This document shows, in pieces, positions 1 through 9,977 of a stretch of DNA of 21,099 nt; position 1 is the first letter of the stretch, and the number at the start of each line of letters is the position of its first letter. A program made the translations under genes and the position numbers. The notes beneath the pieces were generated by a model. It was not told where the DNA came from and did not search any database. It saw only the letters and a program-made list of their open reading frames with translations. Source of the stretch: Welwitschia mirabilis (Eukaryota); NCBI GenBank assembly GCA_051453625.1, contig JBOZIK010000001.1, positions 5,524,695 through 5,545,793 of the forward strand, given 5' to 3'.

Positions 1-300
1 ACATGATTACACACTCAAAATGATGAAGGTAAAGAAGTGAGATAAAGGATAGAAAAGAATACTTTCAAATAACCCAAGACCTTAATACCATTGAAAAAGG
101 CATAAGAAACCAAGGTGTCTTCCTTCAATGAAGTCCATAGACATGGAAATGTCTTAAGATTGGGTGAATCCAATCTTACTATCATAAATACCCAAGTATA
201 TAACTAGTCATGAAACTCCATAAAGTAATGCATAAGTTAAGTTTAAAAGATATTCAGGTAACATCATAACATCAACCAAAGAAGTAGACTAAGAAAGAAC

Positions 301-1857
301 TTAGACAATGATAGGGAGTAAGTCCTCCTCATCGAGGGGAACCTTCAAAACAAGAACTTCTATCATCTTTATAGTTATGTCTAAAGATCTTTTATGTAAT
401 TTTATCCATTACCCATTAACCTTATGAATTTCTCAAGTCTCTAAGTCTAAAATCTCAACTAAGCCATTAAGACACACTTTTTGTACAAGGTGAGAACCTA
501 ATTATTTTGAGGTTAACTTATTATCCAAAAGATGAACTCTAGTGTTGTATAATAAGACAAGTTAACTAGATTCAAATTTTTTATGAAATATCTTTTTATC
601 ATGTTTGAAATTTGCTTAGGCTTTATGGATTAATTGATGATGTATGGCATGAGTTCTTTTTTATTAAAATGTTGTAATTGGTCTAATATATATTTAAAAT
701 TTTTATGAAAATCCACAAGCTTAAGTTGATGGGATACACAATAAGAATTATAATATACATCAATAGGTAATACACAAACTTTATTGTACATAAGTTTGTA
801 AGGTGAAAAACCAAAAGAAGTATGTCAAGTAGTATGATAAGCCCAAAGTAAATATTTAAGTTTATAAGTAAAGATAATTTTTTATAATATTTTCTTTATT
901 CTTCTCTATTAGCATTTTTAGCTTGTTCATTAGTTTAAGGATGATAAGCACAATCTATTCTATGTTATATACCAATGGATAAATGAAGTTTCTTAAAAAT
1001 CTGATTAATGAAATGAGTACTCTGATCAATAACGATAACTCTAGGAAAACTAAATCTATAAAAGATATGAATTTTAAGAAAATTATAAATAGTTTAGGCA
1101 TTATGCAAAGAAGTGGGTTTAGCTTTAATCCATTTAGTCACATAATCCATAGCCACTAAAATGTAATACTTATCAAAAAAAGATGGATGAATAGGATCTT
1201 TGCAATCAATACCCCAATAATCAAAATGCTCATACTCAAGAATAAGTCTACGGGGCATTTCCTATGAACAAACAAGACTACCATAACATTGACAAGAATT
1301 ACATCTTCTAGCAAAATCAAAGGAATCATGAAAAATAGAAGATCAATAAAAACTAGAATGAAGGATTTTTCATCACTTTTTTATATCCACTAAAGTATCC
1401 TTCATAAATACCACAATGACAAAGATGAAAGATTTTAGGCATTTCCTAATTAGGCATATATTTTTTCATAATTTATTCTTTACACCTATGATACAAATGT
1501 GGTTTTATCCACTCATTGTCACCAAATCTATAGAGAAAATATTTGTGTTAATTATAAGTCTAATGTTGTGGTGTTTTCATGGTCATAAGATAATTAACAA
1601 TGTTTACATACCAAGAAGGAGGATAAGAAGAAGATACAGTAAAAAGCTAATCATCAAGAAAGGAACATCAATGATAGAATCATCTAAAAGAGAAGAAAAA
1701 TAAGATAAATGATCGACAACAAAATTATGCTTCCTTGCTTTATCTATGATGGTCAAGTTAAATTATTACATAAGGTGAATCCATTTAATCAAATAAGAAC
1801 TAAAACCTTTCTTGATTATGAGGTAACAAATGGCATCATGCTTAGTGTAAACATTGG
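301..1857 (-). pseudogene. Element A pol, 3' part: RNase H C-terminus and integrase (HHCC zinc finger, catalytic core, GPY/F-type tail), with many stops and frameshifts
   Basis: Hand translation of the - strand gives: VYTKHDAICYLIIKKGFSSYLIKWIHLM..FNLTIIDKARKHNFVVDHLS (~1855-1705, cf. VYTDHAALKYLL..RLIRWILLLQEFDLEIKDKKG.ENVVADHLS); HLCHCGIYEGYF...RCNSCQ (~1430-1290); EMPRRLILEYEHFDYWGID...YILVAMDYVTKWI...RFSFPRVIVIDQSTHFIN (~1260-1005); AYHP*TNEQAKNANRE (~950-905); WAYHTT*HTSFGFSPYKLMY (~845-785); LVLLYNTRVHLLDNKLTSK*LGSH..KVNG (~565-412). A probable stop is at 303-301. Confidence 0.93.
1853..1857. repeat. Left copy of the 5-bp target-site duplication (ATTGG)
   Basis: It matches ATTAG at 9978-9982 with one G>A transition. 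The 5-bp length is supported by the restored RNase H frame. Confidence 0.88.
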
Positions 1858-2603
1858 TGTTACGGTGTTTTTTTACAACATTATATTGATTTTGATTTTC
1901 TAATTTTGTTTAGCACCTCTTTTTGGTATTTTAGGTCTTAACCTTTTGTCTATAACAAGGTCTAAATACAAGGCAATATTTATTTAAAAAGTATAACTTA
2001 TTTTTCTACCTATAGAATCATTAAAAAAAAAAATTGTACACATGTAATTAAGTTTTAATCTAAGAATTCTTACGAATTAACAATAATAAGTAATATCCTA
2101 GCAGTTCTCAGAAATGATATATAAATGATCAATCAAAATATTTAGCCGAAAAATAAGATGCTAACTATCCAAATGAATTCCCTGTTTAATGAAAGTACAA
2201 AGAATATAAAATCTAATGGTTGAATTTAATTGAAACACATTTTGACTAAAAGCTTTTAAATAAGACAAATTAATAAATAAGATTTCTAATTCCCCCATTT
2301 TTTTTTTAGAAATTGGATTGTATCTAAACATTTTTTTTAGAAAATTGATGGAAATAGATTGATTCAAACAAAAAATTATTTGTAGAAAAAAAAGGATAGC
2401 TTAGGAAAAAAAAAACAAATTTTATATTTGACGATGCATGAGATTTTTTTTTTTTTTTTTTGAAATAAAAGAAAGGAGTGATATAAAACCCTCTCAGATA
2501 AGTATTTGAATGGCTCTTAAAACAAAAGCAATACAGATGACATAAATTAATAGTTTTTTTTTAAAAAAAAGGTTATAAACTTGGATGATATTATTGCAAT
2601 TTC

Positions 2604-3470
2604 GTGTTTTTTTTAATTGTGGCGTCCTTCCCTGCTAATGGCGTTCTAGCATCGATGGCATATTTTTTTTTTTTTTTTTGTCGTCTTCTAGTCGTTGCTT
2701 CTCAGTGCCTGGTTTCAAGCTCCCGATGCTTTCCTCGGATGTTTCCCTTCTCACATGTTTTTTCTCTGTGTTTTTATTCTTTGCTTTCCCTGTTTCTACC
2801 GCATTGTGCTTTTGTGTCCGTTGGTGTTTCTCTTTGGTGCTGTCACTTTGTGTCTGTTCCTTTTGGCGTCCCTTTTGATCTTTTGCTTCTGATCGCTTCT
2901 CTTTGCCTACGTTTGGCCTCTCACTTTGCTGTCTCTCCTCGTTGTGTGCCTTCAAACATGTGTTCGCTGCGTCTATTTCTTGATGATAGCCCATTGTCTT
3001 TCTGGCTTTACAGATGTTCTATTCACTATGATTTCCCTGTTATTTGATCTAACTATAAATCTTCCTCTATTATTGTGTTTAATCTATTTTTACTGTTTAT
3101 GATCTCTCCTTGGGTATCCTTCAGATTTTGCCTGTCGTGCCTCTATGTCACTACCGCCTGTTACTAATGCCGTTCCCTTCGATTTTTTGTCTGCCATTCT
3201 GGCGTTCACTGTTATTTTTGCTGCCTCTGTCTTTTTGGCATTATTTGATGCCATTCTCGCTGTCAGATCACTTCCTCTTACTATCTATTTATGATTTTGG
3301 CGTTGTCGCTGGTTTCTTATGCCTAGTATTTTGATGTGTCTTTCCTCCTTTTTATTGCACCTCTTTCCATGATCTCCTCCTTCTCTTTTTACTCGGTGCC
3401 TTAGCGTTCTTCTTTGGTTGCATGTACTCGCTGTTTCCTGAATGTTTGATAATCTCCCCCATTCTTGTTT
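2604..3470. repeat. Pyrimidine-rich, CpG-retaining low-complexity tract with recurring TGGCGT(C/T)-type motifs (left arm of the 8.1-kb insert)
   Basis: The + strand has a strong T/C skew, with repeated TGGCGTC/TGGCGTT words at ~2620, 2639, 2864, 3200 and 3298. The skew explains the stacked spurious ORFs here. Confidence 0.6.
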
Positions 3471-4884
3471 ACTGCTCAATCCCTTAAACATTGCCAGCAA
3501 TGGACTTACTAAAGTGGCGCATGGAAATACTCAGTAATTCTCAATAAAGGAGTGACATTTGATGGGTGAATGAGATCTGAAGAATTTGGATCTGCTATCC
3601 TTGAATTCCATTTTACTATTTCTATTCAAAGGAGCATTCAAAATTTGAACGGCAAATCTGGTGGATTATACATGGATAGGCTCTGTTGTGAAAATTGCTC
3701 TTACAACTCCTTGAACTTGGAGCAACATCTTCTAAGTTTATCCCTTATGTTTATTTTGAGCTAGATTTCAAGAAGGTTATAACCAAAAAGAATGCAGTTA
3801 TTGATTCTCAAGAGCACATGAAGATTAGTAACATAATTTCTGTCAAACCATTTCACTTAAATTAAGAAACATTGAAATTATGGTGTCAATCTCCAATGAC
3901 CCTTCTTTATCCTCCGAGATATAATCTTTCTTCCATTTATAGTTCTCACCCTTGAAAGAAAGCGATGCCTTCACTTCCAAGTTTTGTTGCCTCACTGGTC
4001 AGTTGTCTTAGTTTTTAGAATCACCAGCATCACTATATCTGTCGCTTCTAGAAAGCTGGATTCTTGCGGTACCAAGGGAAGCAAATCCTCCAAGGGAAGT
4101 GGATGCAAAAAACTGAGAAAGAGCGAAGGATGTTGAGGTTCTTATCGTATAAAGCTTTTGGTAAACATCTTTGCCAAACAATGAACATTTAAAGATGAAA
4201 TAGAAACTTTTAAATAATCCTGCAAAATGAAATCTCGAGAATTTCAACTCGTAATGACTATTTTTAAATGGGAAAATAGATGCAACGTGGCTACGACGAA
4301 AAAACCAACAAACAGTCGTGCTTTAGAACAGCTCCATAAAAGCTTCGGCGGAACTTCGCAAGCACTAGAATTTCGATAGTTCTAGAGAAAGAATCAGATG
4401 CAACTTGATGGGTCTCCTGCCTTACTGCTCAACCACTCTATGATATGGTATCTACCCTCTCTGACCATTACCATAGATGCTACATTTTGTCTTCTGTGGA
4501 TGCTTACTCGTAGCTAGCTTAGCCCATGTGGATGTCAATGTCTTTTGTTGAGTTGGCCTTCTATTATGTAGTTTGAAATGCTACCACCCTCAACTAAAAT
4601 GCTCTTTTCTACATGTGGGCGTGCGTCCCATGACTGCATGTTCAGGTGTAAGACAACCAAGTGTGGTTGTTAATCTTGTTTCAACTGAGTATTTCTAGTC
4701 GGGAATAAGCCTAACAAGACTAAAATCAAAGACCTTGATCTTCAGATCATCTCCAATAAGGATATTGAGCAGTTTAATGTCCTAGTTAATGCAACTTTTT
4801 TCAGATGGACGACTATACAGACATTTAACTCCTCTGGTGACATCCAAGGCAATGGTGAGTCTCTTGGATTAATCTACAACTTTC

Positions 4885-4892
4885 TATAAATA
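4885..4892 (+). promoter_or_regulatory. Candidate TATA box upstream of the RING copy
   Basis: CTATAAATA matches the plant TATA consensus and lies about 400 bp upstream of the ATG at 5292. This is a motif match only. Confidence 0.35.
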
Positions 4893-5291
4893 TACCTATT
4901 TTGTGAATCTCTTGAGAGAAGTAACAGTCGAGGTAGATCATTAAACATCCAAAAATCTTGAAACATTGGTAATTACCTTGATATTTCAGAGTTTTATTTT
5001 CTCTGACAACATTTTACTGGTCATTCTAAAGAAAAGACAAGCACAAATAAAAAATCAGCTCTCAAAGTAAGTAGATCTAGGAGTTTAATCTGCCCTTTTC
5101 TGTGGCAATGTTTACTTGCTTAGTGAGATAGGCTTCATACATTTCCACCATGGGATGTGGGTCCTTGTCAACTAGTTCTTCATATTCATCCCTAGATGTA
5201 AAAGACGAGACTTAATTGTTCCTTGTTTGTTTGAATTTAATCTTTTATATTCTTTGATTCTCTGTTCATTGGAAAAGTTTCACAAATAAAG

Positions 5292-6267
5292 ATGGGGTTG
5301 GAGTGCACTAGAAATTTGCCTTCAAAGGGAGATCTTCATCTGCATTATCCAAAATCTAGGGATGCCTCCAAGAAGAAAAAAAGTCAACAGGCATGTGAAT
5401 CTAAAACAGAGCAAGCTGGATGTCCAGAGGGAGCAATGGCTATCTCAGGAAAAGAATAAGATTTTCAGACAGCAACAGAATCAGAATGATAGCATGCATC
5501 AGGATATAAAAAATGCCTTAAACGATACCAATGGAGACTGCAATAGGCAAGGAAATGATCTTATTCAGAGAGAGCTAGGAGATAGTATTTTTAATAGCAG
5601 CTTTTTAGACAAGGATCCTAGAGTCTCAAAGAGTTCTATTGAGGAGGATGAATGATGGAGTTCCAAAGACAATAATAACAAAGGACAGGGATCTAATGGC
5701 AGCCAGGATGAAGAACATAAAGAACGTGATCTTGTTTCTGACGTGGAGGACGATTGGGAAGCAGTGGTTGATGCTCTTAATGTTAAAGAACCAAAATCTC
5801 CTTTGAAATATTTGAATAAAGGAATTAGAGCCATAATATCAATTGAAAACCAACACAGATCCTATTTTTCAATATAAGATGGGATGCTTAGTTCAGAGTA
5901 TAAGATCAAATCACTAAACCCTCCAAATCAATCCTCTAGATCATCAAATTGCAGGGAGACTGGATGATACTTGTAGGCCAAATTGTTTATCAAAGCTCAC
6001 AATACTTTTCCATCACAATCATTCAGACATTCTTGGAATGATTGGAGTAATTCTTCTACAGGGTCCATTGAAACAAATGATCCTTTGTCATGCCCTATTT
6101 GCTATGAGGATTTAGATCCTACCGACACAAAGTTTTTACCATGCCCCTGTGGATTTAGGCTATGCCTCTTTTGCCACGATAGGATTATGGAGCAAGATGC
6201 TTGGTGCCCAGGTTGTAGAAAGCGATACATTCAAGGAAGCTATTGTAAGCTTACCTCGTTCCTTTAG
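5292..6267 (+). pseudogene. Disabled, intronless copy of a plant NOT4-like C4C4 RING-finger protein (short family with a REQWLSQ N-terminal motif and a C-terminal RING; putative E3 ubiquitin ligase)
   Basis: Family motifs occur in order: SRDASKKK/KVNRHVNLKQSKLDVQREQWLSQ, EDDWEAVVDAL (~5746-5778), RLDDTCRPNCLSKL (5957-5998, cf. AWRPDDAFRPQSLPNL), and RING CPICYEDLDPTDTKFLPCPCGFRLCLFCHDRIMEQDAWCPGC (6091-6216; C-x2-C-x13-C-x-C-x4-C-x2-C-x10-C-x2-C). Lesions are a +1 frameshift in the A7 run at 5376-5382, TGA 5653-5655, TAA 5875-5877, and two compensating frameshifts near 5954 and 5998. Confidence 0.9.
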
Positions 6268-6628
6268 CATGTCATTGAAGACTTAGTACATGCTGCATTA
6301 TGCTCTATTTTTCATCAATCTTGCATGGATTAAATTCGTGCATATAGACATTTACACACGTTTAGGAAGTACAAGGGCTAGTTTAGCATTCTTTGGTGCT
6401 TGTGGATACAAGAGTCATTTAGGTGGTGAAAACATTTTATGTTTTCATACATATCCTTTTGATAAAGAGAGTCAAGTCTATTTCAATGTGATGAAGTTGC
6501 TTAGAGGGCTTTTATCTCCATCCTAAGATCAAAATTAGAAGAATTGTATTTATGTTGTTTTCTTAGTGTTGTCCTTATGTAAGAAGTACATGTAAGTATG
6601 TAAACACTCCTTAGAGTTTTTAAGAGAC

Positions 6629-6658
6629 AATAAATTGAGTTATCATGAAAAAAAAAAA
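6629..6658 (+). other. Polyadenylation signal plus genomic poly(A) remnant of the RING copy
   Basis: AATAAA at 6629-6634 is followed 13 nt later by A11 at 6648-6658, about 380 bp after the stop codon. Confidence 0.6.
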
Positions 6659-7189
6659 TTAATATTTACATACAGTTGCATTAGTATTCGTGATTGATTA
6701 CCTCAAAGTCATCTTTCACATTTACTCTAAATTTATTCAAGACTTCTTTTACTTTTCAAGTTAATTGATTACCTATTAGTACTTAAAATCCTTTTATCAT
6801 ATGCTCTTATTTTGTTATCAGTCTCACTTCTTCTATCTCCCATTTCATTACCTCCCATTTTTCACATAATTGTTTCAATTCATTACTACTTCATTCATCC
6901 ATGTAATTACCCCACCTATTATTCTCTCATTAGCTCATTCATAATCTTTAATCATTAGCCAATCATGTATTCATTATCTATTCCATGCATATGTTTAGGT
7001 TTGCCTCAAGTTACATCTTCATCATTTAGTTGAGTCACGCCCAATTATCTCAATTTTTATTTCACAACTTGTCTTGTAAAGTTTTTGATGTAAAGCTTAC
7101 CCTTTTGCCTCACATCAAAAAGGGGGCAAACTGTATGCAATTATTTTTTATTTTTTATTTTTTTTTAAAAAGGAATACAAAACCAATTT

Positions 7190-7301
7190 TAAGAAGTAAG
7201 GCCAATTATGTACTGCTTACTATCCTTGAGTAAAACTTGAGACAAACTCAAGACATATCACTCTAAGAAGTAAGGCCAGTTAGGTACTTCTTATTATCCT
7301 T
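7190..7301. repeat. Two 38-bp direct repeats (7190-7227, 7264-7301; 34/38 identical) separated by a 36-bp spacer
   Basis: The copies read TAAGAAGTAAGGCCAATTATGTACTGCTTACTATCCTT and TAAGAAGTAAGGCCAGTTAGGTACTTCTTATTATCCTT. Confidence 0.85.
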
Positions 7302-8137
7302 AAACATCAATGGAAAAAAATTACCCCCTTTTATTACAAGTCTCCAATGAACTTTGCTTTGTTAAAAAATATAAATATAATAAATTAAAACAAATGCAAA
7401 GGCCAAAACGAGAGAATATCAATTTCCACCCAGGCACACCAGTTCTGAAACAGCCTCATTGATAAGGCTACACACATAAACACAGCACATTACATACTCT
7501 GCCATGCATGCTTCAGTGGTCTTGGACAAGAAGCCGCTTCTGTTTTTGTTATTTGGAAAGGCTTTCAAAGGCCTCATAAACCTGAAGGCCGTGCATTTGC
7601 TATGTTTTGTTTCATTTTCTTCTCTATCTTACGTTTGCTTGGCTTTCTCAATTAGACTTTACCAGAAAGGGCCGCTTGCCGTTTTTTGGCGTACATTTCA
7701 TCATTTAACGAGGATTTGCATAGCTTATGCCAGGATGTTATGGTTACTTTGAGATATCTTCCACTTTCCTTAAAATTTTGTATTTTCTAGCTAACGATGC
7801 ATGGATGCTTTTCGATTTCCTTTGATTTATGAGAGTATTGTATCTGGATTTGTTTTTCCTTTGTTCTAGTTTTAATTTTTTATTTCTTAAAGAATTCGGA
7901 GCTGTATCGATTTATTTTAGAGACTCTCATACTTTTTGTAGCTAACGCCTTAGTGCTCTTCGACTCCTTCAGAGTCTAGAGAGCCTTCTTCAAATTTGTT
8001 CTTCCTTTTCAGTAGTTTGGAAGGCTTCAAAGCCAACTCCAAATTCTAGACTATGGATTTCTTTTGTCGATTACATATTTTTGGTCTCCTTTATCCAAGA
8101 GCACAGAAAGCGGAGTTTTCAAATAATTTACAGTAAC

Positions 8138-8959
8138 ATGGCTGCTAGCTTCTCAAGAAGAGATCTACATGATCTTTTTGTAAGGTCTATTGATTTTTTT
8201 CAACATTTTGAATCTCGCTCCGGTTGAGGAAAAGGTTTATGAATGGAAAAGGCGGTGAAGAGTGAGATATACAAGAGTTTTCTTCAATGGGAAAGCCGAA
8301 AGTGTCCTGGGGGCACAAAAATATGCTTTGGAAGGAAATCCGAAGGTAATTGCTCGTTCTTCAGAAAGCCAGCGGTTCAAGCCGACAGGGGCGTGGTCAG
8401 AGCAGAGAAGGAAATTCTACTTGATAATCATAAATCCATTATTATCAATGGCAACAAGCACAATATTTGGTCTTATTCATCACAGAAAAGAAATGAGGAA
8501 GTGTAGAATGGTGTAGTAGGTGATTCCCTAAGGAAAGTCAGTGCCTTTGAGGAAGTGAACAACAGGATGGATGTAGAAGAAAAGGCACAGATGATTGTAA
8601 ATTTGGAATGTAACATCAAGCTCCGATATCTGAGGCATTTTCTTCAAGTATTATCCAAGAATTCTGCCAGTAAACGTCATTCCAATGTATAACTCATACA
8701 AGATAAAGTAGGAGATGATAGAGCTAACACTAATGCTTCAGATTTGCCATTTGTGGGAGGTGGAGCAAGATCTGATAATGGAGAAAGAGACGAAAATGGA
8801 TACGGAGACTCACCGACGGTATGCCAAAAATTAAGGAAGATTAAAACGGAAGAAGTGATGTATAAAACAACAGCAAAAAAGAATCAAAAAAGACGGGGAG
8901 AAAAAGACAGAACCACAACGCAGAGAGTAAGGACCCAGAGAATTCCAGAGATGTTCTAG
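8138..8959 (+). pseudogene. Cryptic decayed ORF (~273 codons) of unknown family in the right arm of the 8.1-kb insert
   Basis: The ATG is in an AACATGGCT context. One frame joins the track ORFs 8243-8506 and 8744-8959, with only four internal stops (TGA 8225, TGA 8240, TAG 8504, TAA 8690), each one C>T change away from CGA, CAG or CAA. No recognisable domain. Confidence 0.45.
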
Positions 8960-9240
8960 AATGTAGTAAAGCTATGGCAAAACGCGCATCAGGGAGAATG
9001 GAGCAACAACAAAACATGCATCAGGAGAGGCTAAGAAATGCACAAAATAATAGCGCGTGCAAGCGAACAACACCGGAACACAGAGATAAGAAATAGCGGA
9101 CAACGCTAACAGGTGACAACGATCAGGAGGAAGCAGAAACCTCAAATGCATCAGAGCAAAACGGAAGGGTAATTAGAGGCAAAATAACACCACAAAAAAG
9201 GCTAAGTAGAGCTGAAATAGGAGAAGCGTGGAGGATACAA
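8780..9240. repeat. Purine-rich, CpG-retaining low-complexity tract with recurring GCATCAG motifs (right arm; compositional mirror of 2604-3470)
   Basis: The + strand has a strong A/G skew, with GCATCAG at ~8985, ~9018 and ~9148. Confidence 0.55.
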
Positions 9241-9977
9241 AATCTATGTTTTTTCAGGAAGAACTGTACAGTTAAAGAAGAAACACAGCAAAAACATGGT
9301 AATTGCCTAGAAAAGTTATGGTAATTTGACATTTTTAAGGATATGTCAAGCACATTTGTAGGAATCTACAACACAGGAGAAAAGGAAACAGACGAGATGA
9401 TTCAGATATCTTCTTGATCTCATCTCTTAGGTTTTATAGTCATTGAAACAACAAACCTTTTGTTTTTTATAAACTTTTTTCCCCTTATTTTTGAGTTTGT
9501 TCGAACATGCTATTTTTCTTATTAAGAATCATAGATTCATAGAGTTGTGTAGTCATTGAATATTCTTCAAAATGTTCTAAATCTTTTTAATTTCTATTAC
9601 GATCTTTTTTTACATCACGTGTTAGAATATTTAGATATTTAACACTAAAGTTTTTAAATTTGCAAATAGCCTATTTTATATTTGAACTTTTACTTTAAAA
9701 AAAAAGGGATTTTAAGAAGACATCATTTAATTCTTTCTTTTTAGTTTATTTTCTTTTATTTTACCTTTTAAATGTATTAGAAATTTTTTTTATGATATTT
9801 GTTTGGAAAATGGATCAATGTAAAATGAACGCATTGTTGTATCTTTACGGCTTATTCTGATAAAGGGTCAAATTTTAAAACATCCTTTTTGTTCTAGTTT
9901 TAATACAGTAACGTTAGCTTCATTAGAGAAAACCTAGAATTTGGATAAATTTTAAAATTGCGAAAATAGTAGCAACA

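Larger units (their letters stand above)
1858..9977. mobile_element. 8,120-bp non-autonomous insertion with TGT...ACA termini and a 5-bp TSD, carrying a RING-gene copy; class unresolved (giant solo-LTR-like unit or integrase-type DNA element)
   Basis: It starts TGTTACGGTG at 1858 and ends TAGTAGCAACA at 9977, flanked by ATTGG (1853-1857) and ATTAG (9978-9982). Removing it and one TSD copy restores DSFRHYLLSFHTNVYTKHDA in frame on the - strand, the same length as the gypsy RNase H motif DKFRSYLLGSKVIVYTDHAA. Confidence 0.92.

Noticed and set aside
1416-1903. + strand ORFs of 95 aa and 64 aa as genes
   Set aside because: They are antisense shadows of element A's decayed RNase H/integrase on the - strand.
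2604-3334. Hydrophobic Phe/Leu/Cys-rich ORFs as membrane proteins
   Set aside because: All three + frames are open because the T/C-rich tract lacks stop codons, so this is a compositional artefact.
5362-6267. Two separate functional genes (97 aa and 94 aa), or a true NOT4/CNOT4 orthologue
   Set aside because: They are fragments of one disrupted CDS starting at 5292. The RING is C-terminal and there is no RRM, unlike NOT4 proper, so no gene symbol was assigned.
7190-7301. CRISPR array (38-bp palindromic repeat with a 36-bp spacer)
   Set aside because: There are only two repeats with 4 mismatches, no cas genes, and the context is a plant retrotransposon nest.
7122-7328. MITE bounded by GGGGG...CCCCC
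   Set aside because: The inverted match is only about 10 bp and there is no target-site duplication.
1858-9977. Ordinary two-LTR retrotransposon or Pack-MULE
   Set aside because: I found no internal recurrence of either terminus and no PBS next to an internal CA. The 5-bp TSD and TG...CA ends do not fit MULEs, and there is no high-identity TIR.
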